64,000 nucleotides of DNA from Cyanophora paradoxa CCMP329 (GCA_004431415.1 QPMI01000556.1:1-64000), one strand, 5' to 3'; positions 45,249-58,699 are shown, numbered from the stretch's first letter. Made by a program: numbers and translations. Notes: generated by a model from the sequence alone, not told the origin.

Positions 45249-48200
45249 CCGCGCATCTGCACCCGCTGCAGCTGCGGCTGCAGCTGGTCCGCGCACGCCG
45301 CGGATTCTGTTTAATTTCGCTTTTCTGTTTTTGCTTTTCTAAGCTAGGCTAGTGCACTTCAGCTTGTACGTCAAGCCCCCGCAGTACATCATGCCGGCGA
45401 CGCTGCTGCCTAATCCATGTAAAAACTCAACGTCCGACTCGGTACGAGGGCCGGCCGGCCGGCGCGCTTCAGCGGCGCCGTCCTTCGAATTCGCTGCTAG
45501 CGTGGCGCAAGCGCCGGCGCCGGTGCTGAATTCGAACTCGAGTCGGGGAGGGGTGCGCCCGAGGGGGTACAGGCGCGATCCGTCGCGCATCTTCGGCAGC
45601 GCCAACTTGCTGGGTGGCCAGTAGAGCCGCGCGCGATGGCGATGCAGCGGCGAGAATGAACGCGGGAGAGGTCAGGTCATCTAGCTAGGGACGCGGACGT
45701 GCCATGCATAGATTCGTCCCCGGTGCGTATACGGTCTCGATCATTGCAGGGAGAGATCGATGCGAGCAGCCTGTGATCGGCCCCGCAAACAGCGCCGTGC
45801 TGGAGCGCTGCGCGGGCGGGCGAGTCGGAGGACGCGCGAGACCTCGTCCGCGGCCGGACACCGCTCGCACGCGGTTGTTTGTCTGCTGGACATATCCGGT
45901 GCGTGCGATCACTTTACGCGCGCCGCCGCCGCCCAGAGCGCGTTTGCCGAAAGGGCACGTCGTGACCTTCCGCGCGCGCGCAGGCTTCTCAGGTCCGTGG
46001 CCAGCGATGCGGGCTGCGCCGGCCTCGGGAGACTGTTCTAATCAAGCTAGACGCATTCAGCATGCCGCGCGCGCGCGACACTCGCGCGGTCATGCATATG
46101 CCGCGCCGCACTTACCTCGCCGGCGCCGCGCAGCGCTGTGCGAGCGCTACAACGGCGCCGAGTCGTCGATCGAAGGTCGGCGCGCCGCGTTTCGCGTCGA
46201 GGGATCCGAGCTCACGCGCGGGCCCGCGGCAGAGCTGTGCGACCTTGTGAACAAGGCCTTCTGCAGAGAGATCGAGCTCGTGCAGAAGCACGGCGGCGAG
46301 ATCGTGAGCTTCCTCGGCGGTGCGCGCGCGCCCCTCTCCCTCCTTCCGCCCGCCCCGGCCATCCGCCGGCGGCTGACGCGCACGGTACGGCCCCTCGCGC
46401 ATCTCCCCCCTTCGCGTGCAGATGGGTGCGGGTCGCGCGTTTTGATTCCTTCCGTGTTGCCACTCCGCTGAAGAGACTGCAGGCTGCTGGTGTACTGGCC
46501 CCTGGGCGAGTCGGCGGAGGAGCAGGAGGGGGCGGGGCGGCCGAGGGCGGGGCGCGGGGCGCCAGGGCGGAGGGCGGCCTCTCGGGGCGGCGGCGGCGGA
46601 GATGGCGCGGCGGGCGGCGCAGGCCGTCTCCTGCGCCATCGAGGCGAGCGGGCCCGCCTGCGCTCCCCGCGGCCGGGCCTCGGGCTGACGCGTCAACAGG
46701 TGCAGGAGCTCTTCAGCGCGCTGCGGCTCGGCGAGGGCATGGGCCTTCGTCTCCGCATCGCCATCGCCGCCGGGCCCTACCGCGAGTGCGCCCCGCGCCC
46801 GCCCGCCCCGCCCGCCCCGCCCGGCGCGGCCCTCGGAGCCGACGCCGGGGCCTCGCGCGCGCGGGGGGCGCAGGTACTTCTGCGGGATCGGGGAGCGGGG
46901 CGTGCAGGAGGCTGCAGGGGGCGGCGGGGAGGCGGCGGCGGCGCAGCGGCGGGCGGCGTGGGCGGGAGCGGGGCGCGGGGGCGCTGGAGGGCGGAGCGAG
47001 CGGGGTCGCTGGACGGGGCGGGAGACTTCGCCGGCGTCCTCCTCGACGAGCAGGGCCAGGTCATCCGGGGTGCGCGGAGCCGCCGCCCCGCCGCCAGCGC
47101 CGGGCTCCCCTCTAAGGGCGGGCGGGGGCAGGCGGATGGTGTACTTCATCACGAGCGGGGCGATCCAGGAGGCGGGGGAGGCGCTGGGGCCATCGCGCCG
47201 GGCCAGGTCGCCGTCTGCGACTCGGTCTTCGCCTTCCTGCCCCGCGCCGCCCTCGCCGCCGGCGGGGCCCCGAGCCCCTCCTCTCCGCCTCCTCCGACGA
47301 GGCCGCCTCCGCCCCCGACGCGGCGTACCCCCGGCCCTCCCGTTCCCGTACCCCGGCGGCATCTTCTCCGGCGGCGAGGGCCGCTCGCCGCGGCGGGCGG
47401 GAGCCTGCGGGGCGGGGACGTGACGACGGGCCTGGCGGCGAGCCTGGCGGCCGGGGCCGGGGCGGGCGGGGCGGGGAGGGGCGGGGGCGGGGATGGGAGC
47501 ATGCCGGTGAGGGTGGCGAGCTTCCGCGACCTGGCCGGGGCAGCCTCCGCGGGGCGAGGCGGCGGGGGCCGGCGGCGGCAGCAAGCACGGCGGCTCGATC
47601 TTCGGCTCGATCTTCGGCAGCGGCGGGCCCCTCGGCGGCGCGGCTCCCTGGGCGCGCCCCCGGCCAAGCGCGGCGCCCGCACGCTCTCCCTGCCGCTCGG
47701 CGGCGGCGCGGAGGCGCGCCGCGGCTCGAACGCGTCGCTCTTCGGGCTGGACTCGGCGGCCTCGGAGAAAGGGGCCGTGGTGCTGGACGCCGCCGCCCGC
47801 GCCGCCTTCGAGACCTACGTCGCCGTCATGGGCTGGCGCCCCGCCGACGCCTCCCGCGGTGCCCACCCCCCGCACCGTCCCTCCCCTCTGTCCTTCGAGC
47901 CTCGAGCGCGCGCAGGGGGCGCGGTGGCGCCGCTGCGGCCGCACCAGCACCAGCCGCACCGGCGGCCCTTCAACATCGAGACCCCCGCCCCATCGCCCGT
48001 CCCCTTCGACGACGAGTCCGCCCTGCCCGCCCCGCCCCGATCCGCGCCGCTCTGATGTGGGGGCGGAGGGCGGAGAGCGCGGAGGCGCTGGTGGAGGGAT
48101 GGGGGAGGAGCAGCGGGCGCGCTGCTGCTCTACGTGCCCTACGCCGTCCGCGCCCGCGTCGAGCAGCTCGAGCGCCACGGCGCCGCCATCGGTGCCGCCT

Positions 48201-51200
48201 CCCCGCCCGCCCCGCCCCGCCCCGCGCCCTCCCTCTCGAGGCCTCCTAAACCCCCGCCCCGCCTGGCAGACATCGCGCGGTACATCTCGGAGTTCCGCGC
48301 CGTCTCCGTCATGTTCGTGAGCCTCGCCGCCCTCGACACGGCCTTCGGCGTCGTCCAGCACACCGTCCAGGCCCGCCCGCCCCGGAGGAACCCTCCCCGC
48401 CCCCTCCTCCTGCTCTGAGGCCCCTCCGGACCCGCAGACGCTGCAGGCGGTGCTGTACGCCCACCAGGGCTCCCTCCGCCAGGTCGTCCTCGACGACAAG
48501 GTACCCCCCCCCCCCCCCCCCCGGGGCCCCCGGCTCCCCGTGACGACGACGCGGGGCGGGGCAGGGCCTGGTGCTGATCGGTGTCTTCGGGCTCTGGCCG
48601 GTGGCCCACGAGGACGACCCCGTCCGCTGCACCGCCTGCGGCGCGCCCCGCCGCCCCCGCCCCAGCCCCGCCCCGCCCCCTACTCGGCCCTGACAAGCGC
48701 CGCAGCGCTGGACGTGGCGGAGGCGATGCGCTCCCAGCGCCTCAAGTCCTCCATCGGGCCCGCCTCTAATTTCCCGCTTTCCCGCCCCGCCCCGCACGAA
48801 CGCTGCTGACGCCGGCGCAGCGTCTCAACGGGCCTCGTCTACTCCACCTTCGGTCCGCGACGCCACTCCCCGCCCGCACGAGCGGTTCGGCTCCGCCGCG
48901 CCGCGCTCCTCCTCACGGGCGCGCAGTGGGGAGCCCGACGCGCTGCGAGTACTCCGTCTTCGGCACCGGTGCGCCCCTCCGCTCGCCGCTGGAAGCACTT
49001 GGCCCGCCTCGCTGACCCGTCCCCCTCCCGCCCGCTCAGTCGTGAACAAGGCCGGTGAGGCGGCGCCTCCCGATCCCACCCGCCTCGCCCGCCCCGCCTT
49101 GCCCGCCCGCCGCCGACGCCGGCGGCAGCGCGGCTGATGGCGATGGCGGACGGTGGCATCTTAGCTGACGAGGCCACCGCCGCCGCCGCGTCCGTCCCGC
49201 CCGCCCCGGCAGCCCCGGGCGGCCGCTGAGAGTCTGGTGCGGGGCGGGGCGCAGGGCGCAGCGGGTGCTGATGGTGCCGGCGGGGGAGGCGGTGCTCAAG
49301 GGCATCCCCGAGCCTGTCAAGCTCTTCCAGTGCGGCGTCCTGGGCCTCCTCCGCCCGCCCGCTCCGCCCGGCCCTGAGCGGGCGGGGCGGCAGGCCGCGG
49401 GCCTGCGGAAGGCCTCGTGGTGGAGCAGCGAGGACCCCGATGGGAGCGACGAGGAGGAGCGCCGCCGCCTCGCCCGCCGCCGCCCCGCCCGTCTGGCCAT
49501 CCCCCATGCTCGCCGGCCTCTCCGGCAAGCCCCCGCCCCCGGCCTCGCCCGCCCCGCTCGGCGGTGCCGGCGGCGGCAGCAACAAGAAGGCTGAGCGCTC
49601 CCGCCCAAGAAGCGGTCCGCCCCGGCAACTCGCCCCGTGCTCGCGGGGCGCCTCTGAGGGGCGGGGCAGCGGGTGCCGATGGTGGGGCGCGACGCCGAGC
49701 AGCAGCTCCTCGAGTCGGCTCTCGAGAAGGCCCGCCCGCCCGCCCCCGCCGCCCGCCCCTCCGATCCGCCTCTGACTTTAATTTGAGCGCAGCTGATGGG
49801 GGGCGGGCGGGGGTGGGAGGACGGGGCGGCCTCGGCGCGCTCGGGGCGCTCGGTCGGCTCGCACGTCTCCGTGGCCGGGGGCGGGGGCGCCCACAGCTCC
49901 CTCGTCCTCCTCGAGGGCGAGAGCGGCATGGGTGCGCCGGGGCCCCAAGCGGCGGCGCCGGCCGCGGCGTCCCAACTCCGTCTGAGGCGCGGGGGGCGGC
50001 AGGCAAAAGCGCGCTGCTGCGGGACTTCCGGAGCGCGGCGAAGCAGCGCGGCGCCGCCGTCGCCGCCAGCGTCTCCCGCTCCCACCACCGCCGCCAGCCG
50101 TCCGCCCGCCCGCCCCGCCCGCCCCGCCCGTCTCTGCCTGAGCGGCACCGGCGGCCAGGTTCAACGGGTGGCGGCACGTGCTGCACGCGCTCTTCCCCTC
50201 GGGGAGCTGCAGATGGCCCCTTCCTCGACCGCGACGGCGTCGAGCTCCTCCCCGAGCTCATGGCCGCCCTCGCCCTCGAGCCGCGCCCGGCGAGGCGCCC
50301 CGCCCCGCCGCCCCCGCCTTCAGCACCTCCCCGCCCTCCCTCGGCAACCTCGCGATCGCCGCGTTGGCGGCCCCGCCCCGCCCCCGGCCCCGCTCGTCGC
50401 CGTGACGGGCGATGGCGACGGGGACCCCGCCCCGCCCCCTCCACGGAGCCGACGGCGCTCCGCCTGCGCGAGCGCGACCGCGAGCAGGCGGCGGCGGCGG
50501 CCGCCGCCGCCGCGGGCCGGCCGGGCTGGCGACGGTGGCGCAGGCGGCGGCGGCGAGGGCGGGGCGCCCGGGGCGGAGAGCCCGCGGCGGAGGCGGCAGA
50601 GCCTGACATGGACGGAGGTGACGCCGGAGCGGGCAGGAGAGGGCAGGGCCGAGCACGAACGCGGCGAGCGCGAGCGGCAGCCGGCGGCCCTCGGGCGTGC
50701 CGCGCCAGCTCTCCAACCCTCCGTCCTCTCCGCCGCCACCCGCAAGCTCAGCCTCTCCCACGGCGGCGGCGCCGGCCCCGGCGGGCGCCCCGGGCGGCGC
50801 TGGCGGAGCGGACGGGCGAGGCGCGCTCGATGGGCCTGCGGGCGCTCATCGTGCGGCTCGTCCTCCGGCGCGCCGCCCTCGGGCCCGTCGTCCTCATCTT
50901 CGACGGCGCGCCCGCCCGCCCGCCCCGCCCGCTCGCCCGCCCCGCCGTCCCGTAACCAGCGGCGCACGCAGACCTGCACTGGGGGACTCGCAGACGTGGC
51001 TGACGCTGCAGGACCTCGTGGCGAGCTGGAGGAGGCCGACGCCGCGCGGCTCCTCCTCGTGGCCGCCCTGCGGCCCCGCAGGCCCTCTCCGTCGCCGGCC
51101 GCGCCCTCCAGCGCCTCCGCCGCAAGCGCGCCGCCACGACGCTGGCCCTGCAGGCCATGCGCCTCGCCGACGCCGAGGAGCTCGCCGCCAGCGTCCTCCG

Positions 51201-54200
51201 CGCCCGCTCCCTCCCCCGCCAGCTCGCCTCCTTCGTCTGTGCGCCCCGGAGCCCTCGTCCTCCCTCGCCCTCCTCCACTCACGCCGGGGCGCGCGCGCAG
51301 ACGAGCAGTCATCGGGGATCCCCTCGGTCGTGATCGACGTGGCGCAGGCGCTGCAGGAGAACGGCTTCCTGCAGGTCGCCCCAGCGGCGAGGTCCAGCTC
51401 CTCAAGTCGCTGCGGCCCGTCAAGCCGACCGACGCCGTCCGCTCGGCGCTCTGCAGCCGCCTGGACCGCCTGGAGGCCCGCAGCTGCTCGTCCTGAAGCT
51501 CGCCGCCGTCGTCGGCGGCGCTTCACGTGGCCCGAGCTGCTCGCCATCCACCCGGCGACCAAGGCCGCCTACGGCGTCGTCGCCCCGCACTCCTCCGGCG
51601 AGCTCGCCGCATCGCCAGCTTCGTCGCCCGCCCGCCCCGCGGCCGCCCGCGCCCGCAGGCGGTTCGAGCGGCCGCCGGCGTCGGCCCCGCCGGTGCGGCG
51701 GCGGCCGCGAAGGAGTCTCTGGGGCGGCGATCCTCGAGATGGAGCACGCGCTCGCGCCCTCTGCGACCTCCAGATCCTCGTGCCCCCTTTCTCTCGTTTC
51801 CCCGTGGCCTCCGGCTGAGCGCGCGGGCAGCGGGACGTGTCCGGGAGGAGCGGGGCGGGGCGGGGCGGCCCTGCCGGCCTCCACCACGCCCGCGCCCACG
51901 CCAAGTCCGAGTGGTGCGCCCCGCGCTCAGTTTACTCCCAAGGACGGGCTCTGCTGAAGGAATGCCGCGCCGCCCGCAGGGAGTTCGTGCACGCGACGAT
52001 GCATGAGACGACGTACAGCCTGCTGCCCGTCGCCGAGCGCCGCGGCCTCCACCGCGCCTCGCCCTCTGGCACGAGCGCCGCTTCGCCCGCGCCCTGCTCC
52101 TCGGCTCCGGCCCGCCGCCGGCTCGGCCGTCGTCGTGGGCCTCGGGGCCGCCTCGCCGGCCAACTCGCGGCCGGCTCGGCCCGCCGCGGGCCCGCCCGAG
52201 GCGGCCGCGGCCCCGCTGCACGCCCGCGTGCAGGCCCTCGCGGGGAGCGAGGCGGCGAGCGGCTCTGGCTCCCGCCGCTTCGAGGCCGGCGCCGGGCGGC
52301 GGGGAGCGGCGGGGCGGGGAGGGCCGGCGGCGCTTCGCGCAAACGGACCTGGCGCTCCTCTCGCACCACTTTCTCAACGCGGGGAGTACGAACAGGCCGG
52401 GCCCTACCTCGAGCAGGCGCCCCGCCCCGCCCCGCCCGAGCCCGAGCTCCAGCTCCGGGCTGAGGCGGCGCGGGCAGTGCGCGCGGGCGGCGCTGGAGGC
52501 CTACGCCAACGTCGAGGCCTCGCGCCTCTACGAGGACCTGCTCCGCGTCAGCCCGCAGGCGCCGCCCTCCAGCGCGCCGCCTGGCTCCGCGCCCGCGCCG
52601 ACGCCTCCGCCGCTCTGGGTGCGCCCGTTCGATAGAACTCGAAAGACCTCCGCCGCCCGCCCGCTCACGCTCAGGCCGCCTCGGGGCGCGGCAGGCTCTT
52701 CGCCGAGGCGGTGCAGTGCGCGCGCGAGGGCCTCGCCCTCCTCGGCCACCCCCTCCCCTCGTGCGTCCGCCCGCCCGCCCGCCCCGCCGCCCCGCGCGCC
52801 TTAGCCGCGGTGGGCGCAGCGGGGAGGGGGCGCTGGCGCTCCGCTACGCGCTGCTGGAGCTGCGGCTGCGCTTCACAGAGGCCCCGACGCAGCGGCCCTC
52901 GCCGCTGGCCCCGGGCCCGCCGCCGCCCTCGACGCCCGCCTCGCCGGCGGTGGCGGCGGCGGCGGCGGCGCGGCAAGCGGCGCTCGCTGTGGGACATCCT
53001 CTGCTGCCGCCGTCGCCGGCCGCAGTGCGTCGACGACGGCGAGGGCCGCTGCTCGGTCCGCCCGCCCCGCCCCGCCCGCCGCCCCGCGCGAGCTCGCCTC
53101 AGCCCACGCGGCCCCGGCAGGTGGAGGCGGCGCGGGAGGCGTGCCGGCTCTACTGGGCGACGATCAGCGCGCGTGGGCGACGCACCACCGCCGCCTCTTC
53201 CTCTACGCCGCCGCCCGCATGCTCGACCTCGCCGTCGCCCTCGCCGAGGCCGGCCCCGAGCTCGCCGCCGCCGCCGCCGCCTGGGCCGCCGTCTCCGGCC
53301 TCCAGCAGCGCCGCGAGGCCGCGCGGGCGTGGGCGCGGCTCGCGTGGGGCGTGGCGGTGCGGCTGCAGGACGCGGAGGTCTGGTCGGGCGTCGTGGCCTT
53401 CGTGCCGACGGCGATGCTGGCGGTGGAGGACCTGGAGGCGGCGGAGGGATGCTCCAGAGCGCCGCCCAGCTCTTCTCCCGCACTTCCTCCCTCCGCGACT
53501 CCCTCCGCGCCTCCCTCACCCTCTCCTTCGTCGTGCGCGCTGCCCGCCCTCCCCTTCCGCCCGCGGCGTCGCCCGCGGCTGACCGCGCGAGCCCCGCTCC
53601 GCCCGGGCAGCACCTGCGGGCGCCGCGCGTCTCGGCCGACGAGCTGCGCGCCGGCGCGCAGGCCATCCGCGTGCGCACCGCCGCCCCCGCCGCCCGCGCC
53701 GCCGCCCTTCTGAGCGGCCCGGCAGCGGGCGCTGGAGAAGAGCGCGCGGTATCCCGACCTGATCGAGGACGGGGAGCGCGTGGCGGCGCAGGCGGCGTGG
53801 GCCCGCGCCATGCTCGCCCTCGACCGCGCCCCCAACGCCCTCGACGGTCCGCCCCTGGGCCCGCCCGCCGTCCCCCGACTTTCTTCCGTCTGAGGCGCCT
53901 GGCGGCAGCGCTGGAGTCGTTCGACCAGCAGTGCCCGGCGCGCAAGGCGGGCCCCGCGGAGCGCGCCGCCTTCCTCGCGGCGTACGGGCGGCCCTGCTGG
54001 CGATGAACGGGCCCGGGGCGCGCACGTGGACGACCGCCGCTCGCCGCCGTGGCCGTCGAGTGCGTGGAGGCGGCGCTGGAGGCGGACGCGGGGCGCACTT
54101 CTTCGCCGTCGCGGAGCCCCTCGCCACCGCTGCCTTCCTCCTCTACACCCTCCGCCTCGCGTCCGCCCCCTGCCCGCCCCCGCCTTCCTCTCGCCCTCGT

Positions 54201-55817
54201 CGAGCCTTGCCCGCGCGCGCAGGCTGCTGCCGGTGGAGCGGGCGCGGGCGCACCCGGCGCACCCCCTCCTCGAGCTCTTCACGGAGGGCCCGCGCAGCCG
54301 CGCCCCGTCGGCCGCCCGCCGCGCCCAGCAGGCGGCCGGGCGCCGGGGACGCCACTCTCTGCGGGGGACGGGGCCGGTGAGCCGTCGTTCATCCTCCCGT
54401 CGGCGCGCGCCCTGGCCGTGCGGCGGCGCTCGAGCGGCCTTCTGGTAGCCCCGGCGGCGGACGCGGGGGCGCTCCTGGCGGCCCTCGAGCGGGCGGCCCG
54501 GCGCCTCGCCGCGCTCGACGGCTTCGGCCTCGTGCGGCCCCTCGCCGCCTACGCCCGCGGCCTCCTCCACTCCGCCCGCGGTGCCCACCGCCGCGCCCGC
54601 GCCTGCTTCGCCGCCGCCGCCGCCGCCGCGGCCGCCGGCGGCGCGGCGCAGGCCGTCCCTGCGGGGGCGCCGGGGGTTGGTGCGCGACGCGGGGCCAAGG
54701 GGACGGCACCTCGCTGCACGGCGGCTCGGTGTGGGCGGCGGTTCGGCAGCGGCGGCGGGGACGGCGGGTCGGTGCGGGCGGGCGGGGGCGGCGCGGGAGC
54801 CGCTGGCGGCGCTGCAGCGGCGGCTGCGGGCGGGCGCGGCACCCGCGGGACGAGGGCCTCGCGCTCCTCTTTGCCGCCCTCCACGCCCCGCGCGCGCCCC
54901 GCCCCGCGCCGCCCGCGCCGCCGGCGGCGGCGGCGCTGTACGCGGTGCGGGAGCGGCTGGCGCCGGTGTCAGCGGCGAGCTCGGGCGACCTCCTCCTCGC
55001 TAGCGGCGACGCCTCGACGCCCTCGCCCAAGGGCGGCGCCCGCCCCGCCGCCGCCCGCGCGCCGGCCGCCGCGGGAGGCGGGGACGGAGGCGGGCGGCTG
55101 CTGGGGCGGGCGGAGGGTGCTTCGAGGCGTGCAGCGACCTCTACATGGCGCGCGCCGCCCGCCGCCTCGCCGCCCTCCTCGAGGGCGGCCCCGCCCCGCG
55201 CCCCGCGGCCGGCCCCGAGGAGGCCCCCGGGAGGGCTCGGGCGGGGAGGCCTCGGGGGCGAGGAGCCCTGGGCCGCGGCCGGGGACGCCCGCCCCTCGGT
55301 CCGCTTCCGCGTCACGCGCGTCGAGTCCCTGGGCTCCGCCGCCGGCCCGCGGCCGGCCCCGCGGCGGAGCGGGCGGCGCCAGCGCCGGCCCCCCGGCGCC
55401 GGCACCACAGCAGCGGCAGCCTGCGGGGCCGTCGCCCGCCGACCCCGCCGCAGCCGCGGCGGCCGTGCGCCGCCCCTCCGACGCCCCCTCCGCCGCCCCC
55501 TCCGACGCCTCGGAGCTCGTCCCGGAGCTCGAGCTCGCCTGAGGCCCCGATCCGCGCGCCCCGCCCCGCGACTTCGTTTGTGGTAGACGTGTCTCGTGAC
55601 TCTCGTCCCTTCTTTGACGTGTCAGCCCGCATTATAGATGAATGCATTCATTTGCTTTCACGAGGTTCGGTAGATACCGCAGATTGTCTTTTAGATACTA
55701 GATACCGCTTTTATGTTGCCTCACGATCCTGTCTGCAGCTGTAGGTCGTTGCAGCCTTTGTTCCATCATGGCATTTCCCCCTTACACACTCGTATCATTT
55801 TCAATACAAGCTCAGCG
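42318..55817. repeat. Tandem segmental duplication, copy 2 (~13.5 kb; many 1-bp deletions in G/C runs)
   Basis: Junction with 3-bp GCG microhomology; ends at ctcagcg 55817. Confidence 0.95.
45704..55542 (+). pseudogene. sAC-like cyclase copy 2, frameshifted as assembled (pseudogene or consensus error)
   Basis: Near-identical to 32087-42045 except for numerous single-base deletions. Confidence 0.6.
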
Positions 55818-57252
55818 TTTTGAGGCAGACGTATGGTGTATTGGCAAGCTCAGCTCGTGCTGCTTTTTGGTAGATGCATGGCACTTTCTTTTGTTGAGTA
55901 CGTCATATTCGATTCGATGATCTCTATAATTTTAATTAATTGAAGTTCTAACGCGTACGTGCATGGGATGCAATAGCTCTGTGGCTTCTAGGCTAGCGCC
56001 ACGTACTACGGTATTACGCGGTAGCTCGGGTCGCACGTGCGTGACTCGCGATCGGTGACGTCTCGGAGGAGTCGGAGCTCGAGTCCGGATCCGAATCGGA
56101 AACTCCAACTTCTCTTCAAGAGTCCGAGTCAAGACTTAAGAGTCTTCAAGGGCTTCAAACTTACTGGTAGTTCAAATACTTCAATTGCGAGTCGCGACTC
56201 GCGACTCGCGACTACCGGCGGTATGATGACTCACTGAGTCAGTGATTCGCGAGACTCTCAGACTCCGGACTCAGACTCTCAGAGTCTGATGAGACGACGC
56301 GAGTTACCACTGCTTACCAGTAGATAACTTTTTAGTAACTAGCTTGGCCCAAGTTGGATTCAATGATTAGCGACGTCGACAGACCATTGACCATTTGCAA
56401 GCTGGAATGAGTCACAAAGCTTAAGCTAAGTCAATTGCAACGCATCACGGCGTGACGTCGACACACGGTGCCACGGTGCGCTACGAGTTATGGCTCTATG
56501 GCGCGATTTCCGCCAAACAAACCTTTTTCCGAGTCAAGTTGATTGACTCAACTCGGCAGAGCTCTCGACCAATGGCCGCCCGGTGCCCGGTTTCGAGTCA
56601 AATTAGTGTTGCCAGGTGCCCGCGTTTTCCCCGTACTAATTCGACTTGAAAATGCCAGTGTTTTCTGATTGGGCACGTGACGGTATATTTCGCATGCTAT
56701 ATAAAAGCTGCTGTTGGCAGTTACTAGGCGGCGGTTACTAGGACTGTACCAGGTAGCTACTAGAACCATACCAGGTAGCTAATTTACATAAGGGCAGGAT
56801 CTGCCAGTTTCGCCCATGGCCAGGAAATTTTCTTCCTAGGCGCCAACTCGTAGCGGTGACAAGTTGAACACTGACAACACTCAGTGACTGAAAAGTCAGT
56901 GTTGAAGTCAACGTACCACGGTGGCTTATCGCCGCCGAGAGTCATCGCCGACTCATCGGTACCCGGTACCTTGGCACGCGTACGCGTTGGCATCAACTTG
57001 GCACTGACTTGGCAGTGTTGGGCACTGTACATGTTAACGTTGGCAGTTCAACGGTTTGCAATCGGCAGCTGCAGTGACTTGGCACATCATGCCGCACACG
57101 ACAAGTTGACAACCTAGAATTCGACTTTGGTTAGACATTTGCTAAAATGAGCCCCCGAACCGTATCTGCTGAATTGAATCATGATCAGTGACTCAGTGAC
57201 TGTGCCACGGTGTGTGATCATGCCATGCATATGATGAGTTTTTGTCAACTTT

Positions 57253-57535
57253 ACACATAGTAAAATGCGGAGTTTTAACCCTCGGCTTATCTTAATTGAT
57301 TTTGTTGATATATCTCGTATATTCTATTTCAATCAATCGTTAATCTGTGTATATCTTATCGAATATTCATTTATTTCGTTTATTTTGTATTCTTTTCGAT
57401 ATTTTATCGTAAATTTCTCTTATTTTCCGATTAGTCTTACTGAGTCTATCGATAATCTGTATATATTTCCGAATAATATAACTGAATCTCAATTAGATCT
57501 TGCCTCTGGTTAAAACTCCGCATTTTACTATGTGT
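57253..57535. mobile_element. MITE-like 283-bp unit with perfect 28-bp terminal inverted repeats
   Basis: acacatagtaaaatgcggagttttaacc (57253-57280) and ggttaaaactccgcattttactatgtgt (57508-57535); AT-rich interior; no clear target-site duplication. Confidence 0.7.
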
Positions 57536-57786
57536 GATTGGTCTGTTTGTTAATTGATTTAATCGATATTATATTCATGTACTTTCTCGATTAAATTTAA
57601 TTAAATTTAATTCATTTAATCGGAAATATATCGCTAAACTCGATTAAGATCCATAAATGATTCATTTGTTAAATAAAACAAATCGATCTCTTATTGAATC
57701 CAATCGTAATTATACATGAAACTTATATGTTTTTATCATGTTTTAATGATTCTAAGGGGGGACCCTTAGGATTTTTGAAATAATTG

Positions 57787-57889
57787 GGTGTGACAGGTGT
57801 GACAGGTGTGACAGGTCCATCCCAAGGAAAGTCCTAGTGAGAAATTGATTTTGAAAATCCACGGGATAGACCTGTCACACCTGTCACAC
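57787..57889. repeat. Inverted 9-bp iteron-like repeats, (GGTGTGACA)x3 ... (TGTCACACC)x2
   Basis: Seen directly; ~55-bp spacer. Confidence 0.8.
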
Positions 57890-58435
57890 ATACCATATTC
57901 AGTAAGGACCTCATTCATTGTTAAAATCTCAGTGTTAGTTGGTGTAGTTGATTCAAAAAATGCATTTATACTCTGATTCATTGTTATTTCCTGTGAAATT
58001 TGAGTCAACTCAACCCACTTAGTCAACCCTTGCATTGAATTCGTAACAAAATCCATATACTATTACTACTTTTACGATTAATATGAGTCAACCTTGAGTC
58101 CACTTAAATATAAATATAATATAATAGGGGGAATCAAGGGGAGATGCTTAGAAACATATGAATTATTGAGCCTATGATACTTACATAGTCACGCTGGTCT
58201 CGTTAAGAGGATTCCGAATCTGGTTTTATCTTTGTAAGATGATGAGTTGGTGAAGAGATACATGCATTTTAGTGTTTTGTGTGGGATTTCATGTTATGAC
58301 GTCATAATGACGATGCATATGTATATGATATATATGCCATACCACGTGACTCGGGAGATTATGACGATCACGGCGATATGTTCATTGTCGTGATGTATAT
58401 GTATATATATGCGGTGCAATCTGATTGGCGGATTG

Positions 58436-58682
58436 ATAATTCGTGGTAGAAACCACTAGCTTAATTATAATTCGTGGTATAAACCACTAGCTTAATTATA
58501 ATTCGTGGTAGAAACCACTAGCTTAATTATAATTCGTGGTAGAAACCACTAGCTTAATTATAATTCGTGGTAGAAACCACTAGCTTAATTATAATTCGTG
58601 GTAGAAACCACTAACTTAATTATAATTTGTGGTAGAAACCACTAGCTTAATTATAATTCGTGGTAGAAACCACTAACTTAAT
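58436..58682. repeat. 31-bp tandem repeat x8 with internal hairpin
   Basis: Unit tcgtggtagaaaccactagcttaattataat starts at 58441, 58472, 58503, 58534, 58565, 58596, 58627 and 58658. Confidence 0.95.
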
Positions 58683-58699
58683 AACAAAGAGATTTAAAC

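Noticed and set aside
19115-55744. Long Arg/Pro/Gly/Ala ORFs in the track (e.g. 36230-40069, 35188-37764, 46112-48499)
   Set aside because: Artefacts of extreme GC and stop-codon scarcity reading through introns or antisense; the real proteins emerge only after splicing.
57766-58056. Cys-rich protein (CDRCDR, CHTCHTCHT)
   Set aside because: The motifs are simply translations of the 9-bp DNA repeats.
58436-58682. CRISPR array (31-bp palindromic repeats)
   Set aside because: Units are head-to-tail with no unique spacers; no cas genes; eukaryotic context.
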